From Basidiobolus meristosporus CBS 931.73 (taxonomy: Eukaryota > Fungi > Basidiobolomycota), in NCBI GenBank assembly GCA_002104905.1, contig MCFE01000063.1, positions 1 to 64,000 on the forward strand: a stretch of DNA of 64,000 nt, read 5' to 3'. This document shows positions 1 through 14,311 of the stretch, piece by piece (position 1 is the stretch's first letter; every line of letters starts with the position of its first letter). Made by a program: the position numbers and the translations under genes. Under the pieces are notes generated by a model. The model saw nothing but the letters and a program-made list of their open reading frames with translations, made no database searches and had not been told where the DNA came from.

Positions 1-16
1 AGCCTTTAGTACTTAC

Positions 17-1007
17 CCCAATGGCCGGTGTCTACAGTTTCAAATTTGATGTTGGGAAAGTACTGCCTAACCGCCGGGTATTGGTCTGGCTTAACGTAAT
101 TCGAACGACTCCCGGCAATACATAAAGTAGGTTTGTCAAAATTCTCTCTTTCTGGGTTGGGGTGGAATTGCTTCAACATCTCCAGATTGTTTAGAAGAAT
201 GGTGAGTGGAACCCGGAAGGAATATTGCCCAGTAGAATGATTCCGTCTTAGATTGGTAAGAAGAAACTGACGTGTTGCTTCATCCTGTATGTGGTTTTGA
301 CAATCGCGTATCAACAGTGGTAAAGAACAGCTAGTCAATGGAATATGGGATGGCACTTACCGAACAGCTTTCCTTTAATATCTTATTAGCACTACTCAAA
401 CTGTCGACGCCCTTCTCCTCTATGCGCTTCATAGACTCAATGTACTTCCGGAATGTGTCTATAACAGTAGGTGAATTGGGCGCTACATCCACAAGAACCA
501 GACTGGATATTCGAGATCTGTGATTGAAAGCCGTCTCCATAGCAACTCGTCCACCCCTAGAGTATATATCTTATCAGTTCCGTTTCGAGTAACCCGTATA
601 ACACTCGTTGTAACATACATAGAGTGCCCAATTAGTACCACTTCTTTGAGGTTTTTTTTATCGGCAAATGTAACCAAGTCCTCAGCCATGGACGAATAAG
701 CCATTTGAGGCGTCTGGGGACTGCTTCCATGATTCCTCAAATCTAAAGAATATACATCAGTTTGGAGCTCTTTGGAAAGCACCTTACAGATCGCTCTCCA
801 ATTCTCCTTCGCCCCCAATAATCCGTGTACGATGACAACGGCAGGGATTTTTGGAGTTGCTGTTAGGTTCTCTGGCTTGAAATGTAAGGAATGCAGATGC
901 ACGGGATCAGTGTTTCCCCTGGAACAAAAGAAAGGACGGATAGCAATGTAGCCTGGTTTTGGTGATAGGTTAGGAAGTACTCGCGCCCCCGCACGAAGGG
1001 CCATCAT
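17..1007 (-). CDS. ABHD11: ABHD11/YbfF-like alpha/beta hydrolase, probably mitochondrial; 3' end runs off the window
   Basis: ORF pieces give VIVHGLLG, DLRNHGSSP and the nucleophile elbow GHSM|GG after splicing introns 557-618 and 285-360 (GT..AG seen), then QFLLTNL and a C-terminal DTGHW. The N-terminus is Arg-rich and presequence-like. Confidence 0.85.
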
Positions 1008-1738
1008 AATAGTGCCAGCTATGAGGTTGACTGGTTTCTTACTGAACTAGGTTAAACGTCTCCATTTTGTAAATCAGATATTCCCACTGTCTATAGGTTA
1101 ACCCCAACCAGATGTTTCAATATTCAAATGCTCATTTAAACTTGTTGCCAATATAGATAGTAATTATTCCCTAGATTTCAAATCAATTAATAGGCTCGGG
1201 AAGAATCAGCATTTTCAGTAATTGCCCGAGGGTCATTAATGAGCTCCATCTAATGATACTCCGCCAGATCTGACTAGCTGGTTTATTTCATTCTTATGTT
1301 GCTATTATCTATGGGCTGCTGGGATTGGGAGAAAATCTCTCGAATATAAAAAGGCTACAGGTTACAATCGTTGATCAGGTTGGCGTCGCCTCAAAATGAT
1401 GATACTGCTGCAGGGCGGTATTCTTGTGAATTAATGCAATATCGAAGTTGTAATGATTGAGATTGTTTACAAGTGAATTTCATTAGGGTTGGGGTATAGG
1501 CTTATACTTGATTAGTCAGGATGAATCTGGTTTAACGGGTGCTAAGGGGCTGAAAATAATAAGAGCGAGTAGTAGGTTACAACAAGATGCCATACTTCCA
1601 TGCGTCCAGCGCAAGAGAAAGCTAACATCTAGATTCCGAATCTGATATTGCGCAAGACATGAGAGCTCTACAGGAAATACGACGATTTTTCCGGTATAAT
1701 TGACATGCATGGTAGGATTCACTTAGGTCCCCTCAAGA

Positions 1739-2319
1739 TCATGCTTCAATGGTGGTATCATCAGCACAGCTTGTGAAGGGGAAATTTCTCCATGTACCAA
1801 ATATCGACCGTTTATCAGCCTTTGTACGGGAGTCATCTACTGGATTTGCAGCGTTACAGCTTTTCGAACGGCGTACATCAGGTGCTTTCTCTTTACTAGA
1901 TACATCATGACTGCGCCACATATGGAGAATGTTCTTACGGATGGTCTTAAACTTGTGGCCAGTCTTTCGCTCTTTAACTCTGGCTGTTGACTTTACTGGT
2001 GATGCATCAGAATTCTCAACCTTACTCTCCAAAGTAGGCTCAAAGGACACTTGTTCTTCTGGTAAGAAAGTCCCAGACTCCTTCAAATTGGCATGTTGAA
2101 AATAAGGTTAAGAGTAGAAACCAAGAGACGTGCCCCCGTCCACTAAAGCTAAAAGCTTACCAATGCCTTACGTTGGGTTTCTAACTCTTGATGCATTTTT
2201 CTACGCTGTGTATCAAACTCGGCGAGAAGCTCTCTGGTAAAGTCAGTGGAATACCTAAAGCTCTCAGGAGTATTGCGAGGAGTAAAGAGCTCTTTGAGGT
2301 CTGGAAGTTTCTCGGTCAT
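1739..2319 (-). CDS. Hypothetical protein (~165 aa, 2 exons)
   Basis: ATG at 2319 opens a 53-codon exon (MTEKLPDLKELF...ETQRKAL) ending at a GTAAGC donor (2160). It splices in phase via an AAG acceptor to the 1739..2080 ORF. No family recognised. Confidence 0.5.
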
Positions 2320-4757
2320 AGCGCCTGAGGGGATTTGGGTTTGTTGATGGGATCAATAAATGGGCGAGTTGCTAAACAGACTATAGTTGGGCAGAAACTT
2401 CGAGATAGAATGGACAAGCAGCACAATCCTGCTAGGCAAAGGCTTAAAAGGTAAAATTTTCTAGTACAAGGGTAAGAGAAAAAAGAATAAGAACTATCGA
2501 AATATGTTGTCCAGCTAAAGTCGTAAACTGGAATTTTAAGACTTTCGGTTGATGTGTAGTGCTGCTGATTAATGGCAAGGGTCGATTTTATAATTGGAAA
2601 GTTGGCATGATTAATTTATCGAATATGAGGGTTGCTACTGTATAAGGAGGATGCTGTTATTTTGCTTGAAGCAATCCATCAGCACTCTAGCACACACCGG
2701 TCTTGTCTAATAACTGAATGGCACTTTACTTTGCAACTTGTGGATATATTTCTATATTGCAGTATGTTTATTCTGCATGCCTGATCACAGACGATTGTTG
2801 GATTATTTCCGGTCTTTCTCGTGTCTTGGTATTGGGAATCCAATATGCACTCCATTTTAATTCTTTCCAATTCGTCTCGCCAGAAAACTCATAGGCAACT
2901 CATTAGGCACTAATATTGCTGTATTCATTCTGAATATCACTTGGAGCCAAGTTGTAAGATTGGGGATTCTGTTGATTGGCCAGATCGAGTGGCTTCACTG
3001 ATGCTTACTATATTGAGTCTTGGACTCAATCTACAACCATCATCAGTACTTTTATGGACAGTGTCGTATTGTGTCTATGCGAAATCATGTGTTCTACAGA
3101 AATAATTGCCATTCGAATATAGGAATGCTAGGCCGACTTCAATATAGCACATGTGCGGCGAATGCAATCCTACACCTCCAGGTCGGATTCATTGGTAAAG
3201 AGGCGTTGTCTTCCAAGTTCACTGATGCGATAACATCTGGTCAAACGCCCATACGCAGGACAGGGAAACTCAGGACTATCTACAGGTATAGGCTCTTTCG
3301 GGGAATGGTTGTCAAAGGATACTGCATGCGTTAATAGCCCTAGTGCTCGTGCTCTTTTTCTGATGAAGCATGTTTTCCTTAAATTTGATGATCCTATTGT
3401 GAAACCCAGGTTTGTTGAGATATTCTACTGTATAAATGTGTCACATACTGAGTTGGGTCGGCCAATCTGGCGTTTCATATTAGTCGCGGATCCATATTAA
3501 TGTTTTAAATGGCAGTGCTATCGTGCTTCATAGGCTTGCACCATTCACTACAAATGATTTTCATTGATCAGTGCTGTAAGGGAAACTGAGTCAATATGGG
3601 GTGTTTTAGATTCATAACTATACTACTCACTGGTCGTCTGGCTAAGTGGATGTTGGACGGTACCTAGTGAGAAGAATAGTGGGATAAAGACGATGCGTAA
3701 GCAGCTATTCCGTGATGCCACCAGCCTGATTGCTGCCAACCCATTCGCAATACCCTCGCAAACGAACCAAGATACGTATAAACAAAAAAAAGCATGGTAG
3801 GATGTGAATGCCAAACATGGTAATTATGTGGAGGCAAGAAGATGAGTAGTGCCACTGGGATGGAGGCACTCAAAAGCACTTGGAAACCAATTGTATGCAT
3901 GAGGTCACTTCATACAGGCAAATATCTTAATTCAAGTATGATCGAATTCTTTTAGCATGGCTGAAACAGCAGGCTTTCCGATATTGATGCTGAAGCAATC
4001 ATTAGTTTGACATGAAACCTCGGACTAAATTTTATTGAGTGGGTAATTGAGTGTGTGAATAGGCACACACCGCATAGGTTGTACAAGTTATGTTAGAGTA
4101 GACATTCACCATTGTGATGCAGATTTCCCACTAAGATTTCATTTTCTGAATACTTGATTGTCCAAAAACCATCGATATTTTGTTATACGTCATTCATCCC
4201 TACATTAGGGTTAAAGCGTGGTTATTTTTATTATTGATTAAAAGTTTGTTTAGTGTGCGGTCTCATTGCAGCATAGCTTCGATATATCTTCTTGGCAATC
4301 TGCCTTCCTAATCTAACAAATGACTCCACTCACACTGTATATCTGCTAGTGCCTTTGCCATACACCACCCACAATAAACATATCATACTTTCATACCCTA
4401 CATACTCGCATCAGCTGGCACGGAAGTAGTTGCTTGCTGCTGTTGCTGAACTTAAGTCATTTGATTGAAACTAGATGTAACGCCAACTGTCGTAAACGGG
4501 CCTTAAGAATTACCCACCGCCACACATTGGTTTGTTATGCTGCGCTGGGATATTTGGTCCTGGGGTTAACATTTGAAACCTACTCAATGTGTGCCAACTA
4601 AGCAAATCAGTCAAGGACCTAGTAATTGGTGATTCTTTAGAAATGGCAATGTGGCTGCATGACATATGATCTACCGTCATCAGTGTTTCGCACTTTAACT
4701 CTGGCATTAGGACACCTCCCGAATATATATATATCCTGGCAACACTGCAGTGATTCT

Positions 4758-5255
4758 ATGAAAACAACCAAAGTGTTCATCGATATGGATGTGCCTAGAA
4801 ATACAGTGAAGGTGCATACAGTGAGGCTTTGATTCTCTGACATGTTCTAACTCTATTACGCATTTCAGGGACCCGAAGAAATTTCTGAGCAGAGTGCTTT
4901 ACCTCACCCTCCTTCCAAAGTAAAGCGCTATTTGAACAATGACCCTTTGGATGATCCATTGCAACGTATGTCTTTCCAGAGGCATCTGGAATCGGTTTTG
5001 ATACGAGATTTCGAACAAGAGGAGAACGAGGCGCGACAAAAAGTAAGAGGGTTCCAGGATTCACATTATGTGGAATTTGACGAGATTAGAGAGAGAGTGA
5101 GCCGATTTGGGAGTAGCGTACACGCCAAAGGAAGTGCCTCTACAACATCCAGTTTTCATGCCAACGATATCCCAAGGAGCTTCGATGAATCATTAAGAAA
5201 GGAATTTGAGGCTACCCAGAAACGTATCGACCAATTCAAAATCAACATTCATTAG
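4758..5255 (+). CDS. Hypothetical protein (~149 aa, 2 exons)
   Basis: ATG 4758, exon to 4820, GTGAGG..TTTCAG intron 4821-4868, then in frame with the 4932..5255 ORF. No family recognised. Confidence 0.55.
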
Positions 5256-5572
5256 AGGATTATCCTCTATCACGCGACGATATTGTAAAGCACCGCAAGA
5301 GGCCATCCTATCTTTCAACCTGTGAATAAGTAGAACGTTTAATTGTGGATCAGGTATTTGACTACTACAGAGAACTTGATGAAATACGTTAACAACTTTA
5401 TGTAAACGTGCAAAATTTTATGTTCATATAACCGACAATAATTCAATTAAAGGCCAAACTACACCACCAAAACTCACATTGATTCAGTTCACTGAAAATT
5501 CGAATACTATCATTTACAAATACTAAATACATTACTGAATCCCAGTGTTATCCCATTACACGAAATCGCAGC

Positions 5573-6263
5573 TCAATTATAGACCTTGAAATTGGTGAAC
5601 AATCTGGTATTCTGAAATACAGGGAGCAACACCTGTTGCTTATCAAACGCTAGACCTTCTTTCTCTAACTTGGCACGTTTAGAGTTAATTTTGTTGCCTG
5701 AACCCCAGTCGCTATAATACAGAAGAAACGATTAATAAACGCTGAAGCATTCAGGATTGATCAACATCAATATACCCATCAAAGCCACCTATAAAACAAT
5801 TACTGGATAACACTCGATGGCAAGGAACTGGCAGTGGAGCAAAGGGATTCTTCTTTAGTGCTTGTCCAACTGCGCGAGGTGAAGCCTGCAGCGCGTTGGA
5901 GATGGCCTTATATGTCGAAAACCAACCAGAAGGAATCTGCGAGCATAAATCATACACCCGAAACTGAAACTCAGTCACCTTCCTGTTGGTTTTCTGATTT
6001 TGAAAGTCAACACGCTCTTCCTTGGTTCTTGGGAAGAGTTTGACAGCTAATAAGAGGTGTGGTTTAGCCAAGAGCAAAAAGGCAAAGACATGGGAATGCT
6101 TACTTTCAACATCACTATCCACTGCTTCTTTTTCTAACACCAGAGATTTCTTGGTTTCTTTTACAGCCTCAACGAACGATATTTCAACTTGCACTTTTTT
6201 CTCCAGCTTTTCGCTCTTGCATTTGCGATTATACGGGGAAATCCGTTGAGTTCTGGTGGGCAT
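5573..6263 (-). CDS. MGMT: O6-methylguanine-DNA methyltransferase (DNA_binding_1 domain)
   Basis: VYDLCSQIPSG..STY..IS, RAVGQAL..NP and active-site PCHRV. The spliced last exon continues GGFDG|DWGSG..KRAKLEKEG to TGA at 5573. One further intron is probable near 6050-6110. Confidence 0.9.
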
Positions 6264-7562
6264 GTTGGGTTCAGTATTTTGCAATAATTAAGAAGAGGTT
6301 GGTCACTTTGTTAATGAGATATGAGCTAACTAATAGGAGTTTGGTTGACCGAATGATGTGCTGCGCCGCTTAAGACTGGATTTTTTGGATGCAAAGTAAT
6401 GAAAATTGATTTCACAAGTATGAAGAAGTGCATCGAACCATCAAACCAACTCTTGATTTGTGAGACCTGAGACCTGTTTCATTTTTCAAACTAGTATGCA
6501 GAGTCTGAACAACTACTAAATCCAGCAACACATTGGCTATGTACAAGAAATTTCGCATCCTTCATATAAATGAGATATTAACTATAAAGTGCCTCAGAGT
6601 CCTCCTTGATTAATCATAGGAGGATTGTGATAGAGGTGTTACACAACCAATGCGCAAAGAATGGTTGGAGTAGGCCCCGCAGCCAACTTTTGAGGTCTCT
6701 CACGAAATAGGGGTTTTAGCTACAATGGAGCTAGACGTTGCACCTAGCACCCATTACAAGAGCTTGGTGCTCAAGCTGCGGACAGTGTAGTCAGCCCTTA
6801 ACTAGATGACACATGGGGAATGGTGATCTTCTCTTTCAAAGCATAAAGCTACGGAAGCAAAGGAGTAGAGGGTGGATATCAATGAGTACTTATCTTCATG
6901 ATGGATCTCAAAATTGGGCTACGGGCTTTGCATTCTTGAATTGAAGACCGCCATTGAATGTACAAGACTTGTAAACATTCTTTACTCTCACCATTAATGG
7001 TGACTGCCCATAAAGATTTTGATCTGACTACAATTTCCTCGTTTGTTGTGATGTTCTTCTATGAATGTAAGGTGTTACTGCAAGTTAGAGGACTTAGCAA
7101 GCCCCACACGTAGCAGTTTCCTTTTTGGGAGACCAACGGAGGTATGCCCAGTGGTAGCGTTTTGTGAACAAACAAGCCACCCATCGCAATAACGCTGGAC
7201 ATCTCTATGGAAGGATTCACTAGTTGAAATTTGACGAAATATTGACAGCCAGTTCGCTTTTCATTATTATTACTATTATTGATGATATAACTGAACTCCG
7301 ACAAGTGCATTGATTGATTGATTGTTGGTAAGATGTCTATTTTTCTAATGCTCTGCTGTATTTGCGATAATAAATTAGTCATAACATGTGGCGGTGGGTG
7401 ATCATAACCAGTTTAACGAGGGCACTGCCATGGAAAATTTTGCTCCATTAAGCATTTGGTTTGCCATCACTCTGATTAGTATAATATTCTCCCAACTACA
7501 TTTAAGTGTCTCTACTCGCTGCTCGGCTGCTTCTTCTGAGTTTCTAATAACGACTTTAAACA

Positions 7563-8067
7563 ATGTCTCACCACCCCGCCACCAGTCTTGCTGGCCTTTG
7601 TAAGCTCTCCTTTTACCGGACAAATATCACTTTCACAAAATAGCTCAAGATTTTGTCTTTACAGGTGCCATCGGAGGAGTCATGGGTTATGTTAAAGGAC
7701 GTTCAATGCCCTCATTGATTGCTGGTATAAGTTTCGGTACTTTATACGGAGTCTCATCGTAAGTTTAAAGATATTGCCTCCATACTCTACTAGTCACAGT
7801 ATTGATTGCCTTGAAATTTAGCTATCTGTTGAAAGAAAACCGTGACTATGGTGAAGAGCTTGCTGCTGGTACTTCATAAAGTTCTTTCTAATAGCTATAC
7901 TCGTCTTAACATTGTCACTATCAGCCACTTCCGTTGTCCTCACCGGCGCAATGCTTCCCCGCGGGTTCCGTACCAAAAAGCCGGTTCCTTTAGCCTTGGG
8001 AGCCATTGGCCTGTTAAGTGCCGGATACTATTCTAAGAAATGCTACGAATCCCGCTACGGAGTATAA
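7563..8067 (+). CDS. TMEM14: TMEM14/UPF0136 small membrane protein (4 exons)
   Basis: Not in the ORF track. Manual splicing gives MSHHPATSLAGLC|AIGGVMGYVKGRSMPSLIAGISFGTLYGVSS|YLLKENRDYGEELAA|ATSVVLTGAMLPRGFRTKKPVPLALGAIGLLSAGYYSKKCYESRYGV*, which matches the TMEM14 pattern GG.MGY.K..S.PSL.AG. Confidence 0.85.
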
Positions 8068-9203
8068 GAATTTTCTTTTGGCAGACTCAAACAATAAATG
8101 CAAAAATCGCACCTCTAAATTTCTGGCCTACTTCCGTTTACACGCGCATCACCTGAATACTCGGAGCTTTGGATACGCTCAAGCAGAGTGTATTTTGCAG
8201 ATATAACATGTGAAGCGATATGAAATGGACTGATTCCACTCCACATAGAGCTACCGAAATATGCAAGAATCAAGAACTCATATCACGTCGATCATCATAT
8301 CGCATCTGTAATATGTATACATTTGGGAGATACGAAATCTGCGGAGATCAATTCTAACGAGCATGGCTGATGGAAGAGATGCTTCGATAAGTGCATACTG
8401 GATAATATCTAATATGTAGATTGTTAATTTGCCTCGTTCGTATGAGTGCATGCAAGACCCGAGTGACTTGGTACGGCAGTTCAGCGTTATTGGGGCCGAG
8501 TAACGATTTCTAACGTGATTTCGTGACCGATCGTACAAGTAACTCTGCAGTATTGAGTATTCAAACCCTGTAAAGCTACAGTTGGAAGATTTACAGAGCC
8601 AGGACAGGATTCACAAACGGTAATACCAGTAGAATGCCGCTAACCGAGGATATTGGTTAGACTACTTACATCAAGGCTCTGAGGGGGTCATGCTTCCTTG
8701 AATCGAGATTTAGAAACAGAGTAGGAATACAGCCAATTGTCACAGACTGAAAGTGGATTCATACAAATCAAAACCTCACTGTATGTTTGATTCTTCGCCC
8801 CTTTCTAGAAACCAATTGAATCTATTTGCTTTCCATAAAGGATCAGATTCCTGAATATCTCCGGCACAAGAGCTATATGCGGTTAGTGTTAGGTTCACTC
8901 TATGGCTTGATGATGGTGAATTGCGGTGTTCAGAACGAGTAGTCAAAATGCAATCTTAGCTCATCTTGACCTTTGTTCTATCCCTTCCCTCCCTAGTTTT
9001 CACCCTGCATGCGCCTTCGAGTGGAATGATTTTTAACTCCATATTTTTATGTACTATATAATCCTCCATTTCGCCTGCTTACAAGTTTTCTCGCCTAGCT
9101 TGGAAATACCCAGTTTTCATTTACAGTCCTTCGTGAGGTACTAGTCGATTATCAAGATCAACAACCTATAGAGATAGTCTTGAGAAGACATCAATAGGCA
9201 CTT

Positions 9204-12200
9204 ATGACCACGCTGGAAACTGCGACCAACTATTCTCCGACTTTGGTTGGTATCGCGACTCAGTTTGGCTTATCTTCAGCTATCACCCTGAGTGGCTTCC
9301 TGGCATTCGAGATAAACAGGCGTTGGCAACTTACTCAACACTTATACCAGTCACGGTGCCATTTAGAAAGGTATGTATGTATGATTCGGTGATTTGATAT
9401 CGACCAAAACTAAGTGTTGGTGTTGATACGCCTCAGAAATTCATCTCCACTACCACCTTCTCGTCCTTTGGCCTGGATATGGACTTCTTTGTGCCTAAAA
9501 GAAAGTTTCTATCTAAATAATGTTGGGTTAGACGCTGTTATGTACATCCGGTTTCTTACTATGGCATTTCAACTTCTACTATTTACTGTGTTGACTGTAG
9601 GAGCTATCACAATGCCACTCAACTATTTTGCTCAACAGACAACACTAGTAGATGTGGAAAAAATATCGATAGGCAATATACCGGATGGGTCCAACATCTT
9701 TTGGGTGCACTGGCTTTTGACCTACTTCTTCTCCATTTCCACGCTCTACCTTCTGTTCAAAAACACGCAGGATTACATCGAGATGCGAACTATATACCTT
9801 CAGAACCAGGCTCGCAAAGGTTGTATCCATACTCGTACAGTAATAGTGACCCATATACCCGACACAATGAAGCATGAGGAACGGCTACGTTCGTTTTATG
9901 CCAAGTTGGGGCTAGGGGAGGTGGATTCAGTGACATTGGTTCGGCATACTGGAAAGATTTCGCGCAAGATTCAACGTCGAGAGAAGATGCTTAGAGAACT
10001 CGAATACGCACATATCAAAGTGGCACGTCGAGTGATCAATGTAGTAAAAAAGAACGGGGTATATGCATTTGAATCGGAGTCTAAAGATACAACTCAGCAG
10101 TTGGAAGTATCCAACTCGTTGCAAAAGCTCATTGCGTCCATTGAACAGCCAATAGCTATCGACTCAGTGCTGCCTCTGCAGTCAAACTCTAGCGAATCGC
10201 TGTGGGATATATTGGCAGACTTCAATCGACAGCAATTCGACAAGTTTCAAGAAATTCATAAAACAGGGATTTTTGGTACTGGACAGAAGGTCGTCTCTGT
10301 TGACTATTACCTCCGAAAATTCAACAGATTAGATCAGCGTATAGCCGAGCTACGTCACGTCACCGAAAATGCTCACTACTACAAGCCCACTGGAACAGCA
10401 TTCATCACTTTCAAATCGCAATCATCAGCCCAGCTATGCTCACAAAGCATCTCTCACTCCGAGTCTCAGCTTTGTCATACGGAATTAGCACCGGAGCCAC
10501 GAGACGTCTTGTGGGCAAATCATACGGTGAGTGCGAATGGAAAGTGGGTGAGAAGAATAATCGTCAATCTGAGTCTATGGTAAGGCCATTCCTCCAAGTA
10601 CCATGCATTTGTCTCTAAGGCTTCCCGTGCTGTCCAGCTATTATGGTTCCAGTTTGCTTAGGTGTCTGCTCTAATATATTTGTTTCATCCCACGCTATGT
10701 TTAGGGCACTTACGATTCTTTGGTTGTTTCCCTCGACATACTTCGTAAGCTTCGCATCCTACGATAAGCTATCCGAGAGATGGCCGTTTCTAGTTATCGT
10801 TGGAACAGCTAACCCTTGGCTGAAATCGATTATTCAAAACGTGCTACCTTCTATCCTGATTTCATTATTCATGGTGGCAATGCCAAATATCTTTCTAGGT
10901 AAAGTCTATTATCCTGACGTTGCAGTCATTGGTATATGATTTGGTGATCTAATGCAACCCTCTCTAGGGATATCCACCTGGGAATGCTTCTCATCCTACT
11001 CTGCACTTGAAAGCGCAGTCGTGAATCGATACTATCGTTTTGCTATTTTTAACGTGCTGTTTGTCTTTCTGCTAGGATTTGCCTTTATTGAGGTGATCCT
11101 AGAGGTAATTCAAACTCCTACTAGTATTACAAGCGTTTTGGCCAAGAATTTACCACAGGTAACCTTTTTTCCGGTTAATGGTATATTTGGTTAGTCAATG
11201 GGTTACAACAGCTGATTAGCTTGAATCTTGAATATAGGGCGCTGCATTTTTTATCAACTATGTCATTCTACAGACCGCTTCCCATGGGCTTGAGATTGCT
11301 CAGGTTGGAAGTTCACTCTTTCATTCCTTTATCTTTGCCAATCGATGGTATGCACGTACCCCTAGAGATCTTCAACATGCTCGTAGACCGTGGGCTTTTC
11401 CATTCTACTATTATTTTCCCACACACATACTGGTCCTTGTTATCTGCATCACATACTCCATGATCAATTCTTTGATTCTGTTGTGTGGAGTGATGTATTA
11501 TGGAATTGGGCTAGTTGTTTACAAGTATCAGTTTGCTTTTGTGTACGTAAAGCGCTACGAATACAACGGAAAGTACTGGAGATACGTATTCCGCTACGTG
11601 AGCGACGGCCTGTTGATATTTCAGCTATCCATGATTGGAATATTGGCTTTGAAACAGGCTTTCTCTCCAAGTATAGGGCTCGTACCCCTTCTTGGTATTA
11701 CAGTTGCCTTCAAGGTTGTATGCAGGAGCAAGTTTCGTGATCGGATGAAATACATTCCTTTGGATCGGTTATGCGAGAACGAACTCGAACAGGAGCCTAA
11801 AGAAGCTGATGCTGAGACTGAGACTACAGATGGTCGTCTCTCTGATGTGACTCCTTATGAAAATGAAACCGACATCACCCCGTCATTACGCCTGGAAAAT
11901 TCCCTCAGCAGCTTACGAAATATGGAGTGCTTTACGAGCAGAGGACCTAGTATCGAAGTGATCAATTCACAATCGCATTCATCAGGAGAAAAGCCCTCAC
12001 CACTTCCGGCAATTAGCTTTGGAGCACACTCCAGCAATATATCAAAATTCATCAGCACCTCATTTGCTTCCAAAGATGGCCACCTAAACTCCTCTGGTAG
12101 CGCAAGCTCTACCTGGCTCAAAAGGAGCCAATCTACAGGCTTAATTCATGACAGATACGGAAGGAATATGGCTTTGGCGTATCATCGAGACCTTCGGCCT

Positions 12201-13124
12201 GTATCTAGATTGTTCAATGCTAATGAATCGGGATCTTGTGCACGTCCTTCGGAGTCTTATAACCAAGACTCCAGTACAGAGGTGCCAAAGACATTTGTAT
12301 CTATACGAGATTCGACGGAGATAGCCACACATCCAACAACAGAAGATTCGAAGCCTAATGCGAAGCAGCGTTGGGGGAAAATACAGCAGCAAATCATAAA
12401 TAACCCTCTTCTTTCCTTGTTCCTCCATCCTTTTACGAACATATCAGGCCCAGTTGGCGAGGATTTGATTGAAGTACCACCTAATAGTGAAACACCATGC
12501 CGCGAAGCATATCAAGACGACACCAACCCTTATGAAACCTACATTCACCCCGACTTTATTCGGCCCCTTCCAAAAAGTCTCTGGCTACCAAAAAATCCTC
12601 TAAAAAAACTACACAATTTAGATGAGGATATCATCGAGGTCAAGACTGTTCTAAACTCCAGTTTATTGGAAGCGGCATCAGCCCAACCCGACTTTGACAT
12701 ACCCCACGCCATAGTCAATGACCGGCCAACGTTCGCCTTGGGTTACCTGGGCCAGTCGATTCCAAAAAGACCCAAACCAAGTATACACACAATTGACGAG
12801 CCACAAGTGAGGTACAGAACAAGGCAGCCTAGTAAAGCAGATTTCCGACGTGATGTGGTCTTCAACACACAAACAAACCAGCTCGAGCTCGTCAACCGGT
12901 CCAAAGCTAGTCTCAATCCAACCACCAATGAAACAGAAAACATGAGACTTAGAAAAGATACCAACGGCTTCATAGACCTCATACGAAGTGGACTCGTAAA
13001 TCTTGGCAATAGAAGCGAGATACTACTTCCTTGGACTCATAGGAAGGAGTATGATGACAAGGACCAAGAAGCGATGGAAAGCGGCTCTATTCATAGCTCG
13101 GTATCAAGCGGACTGAGTATTTAA
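9204..13124 (+). CDS. CSC1/OSCA/TMEM63 (Rsn1/Phm7-type) stress-gated cation channel, 5 exons, long disordered C-tail
   Basis: Motifs GLDAVMYIRFL, RTVIVTHIP, PTGTAFITFKS, APEPRDVLWAN, LAKNLPQ|GAAFFINYV and FVYVKRYEYNGKYW. Introns 9371-9436, 10580-10704, ~10899-10967 and ~11159-11238 restore one frame. Confidence 0.9.
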
Positions 13125-14311
13125 TCTAGAGATACGGCTTTTCTGCATATTTACTTTGGCGCGACCGAAGATTTGTTTCTGCATTTTGTCAACCAGCACC
13201 GCCAGTTCAATATCTTCCGTTTTTCCTGTATTGTTTTTTTGAAGAACATAGATGAACATGTGACCCAACTAGGTCCCCAAAATATAAGATGGTTCGATTG
13301 CAAATGTCATTGACCTCGATTTCCACTCTGGGAAAAATCCGAGTGTAGGCCCCGATTTCCCGGAGACGATATGCCAAATCGCGTACCAAAACAATTGGCC
13401 ATTCGACTGTACGACATGTATCCCTGTCACGGTGGCCTGTGCAAGGAGGTCGTCTCATCTACGCCGGCTTCATTCAAAAGAGATGTCTCTTTGATTAGAT
13501 AATATCGGGAGCAACTGTTCGTTGGCTTTAGATGCTTGTGTCCTTGGCAATCATGATCTAGATGGTTCGTGTCACTCGATCACCGATGGTATCAGCTATC
13601 ACCTGATCGTGGTGTTACCAAATCAAGTTCCAAATCTCGTATTTCCAATTAATGTCGTAGCAAATATCGCCTCAGCAAGCCGTTTCATTCTAGGGCCATT
13701 GGATTTTTAGAGCGTCTGCTGTGACCGTAACGAAAATATTTCCTTTTCAAACACCTGCGCTCGATTCGATTCCCGAAGGTAATCGTAGCTACACTTTAAT
13801 ACCACACTTAAGGCTCGAATGCATGTGCGAGGGCCTCAGGATAAATATAACAGGCTAAATGCAGCCAATGGCCGTATTTCTCAATTGAACACCAAACACA
13901 CATGCAGCCCACTAAATTCGCATGAAGAAAAATTGTTTACCCAGATCGCCTCTGATATCTCAAATGCGTCGATCTCTTAGGTAAACAACCATCTTGACAA
14001 AGTGCCAGGTCATACTTTTGCTCCTTCGTTTAATAGCACAACATACTTTTGACCAATTCTTCGTCAACCGGACTCATCTGCCTTCTAGTTGTACCCTAGA
14101 GATTTATGAAGCATATTCATTTGTACCATTTTTTGTCAATATAATCTTCCCGTGATCTAGCAAGTATTGCAACTTATACCTACAATACATCAACGATACC
14201 ATCAGGTGCGCCGTAAACCCAAGCCTCGATCTAGATTTCACACCTCCTTTATAAGTAACTGTTACGCTTCGATCTAATCGCTAGAGAAGAAAGTTCACGA
14301 TATCGTTCAAG

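Noticed and set aside
1739-5255. Similarity between the two small orphan proteins (..EFDTQRRK.. vs ..EFEATQKR..)
   Set aside because: Short charged helical segments; insufficient to infer paralogy.
6600-6624. Near-perfect 25-nt palindrome TCCTCCTTGATTAATCATAGGAGGA
   Set aside because: Isolated, with no TSD, no second copy and no functional context.
7059-7623. ORFs 7059..7382, 7388..7603 and 7402..7623
   Set aside because: No recognisable motifs; they overlap the promoter and first exon of TMEM14 and are probably spurious.
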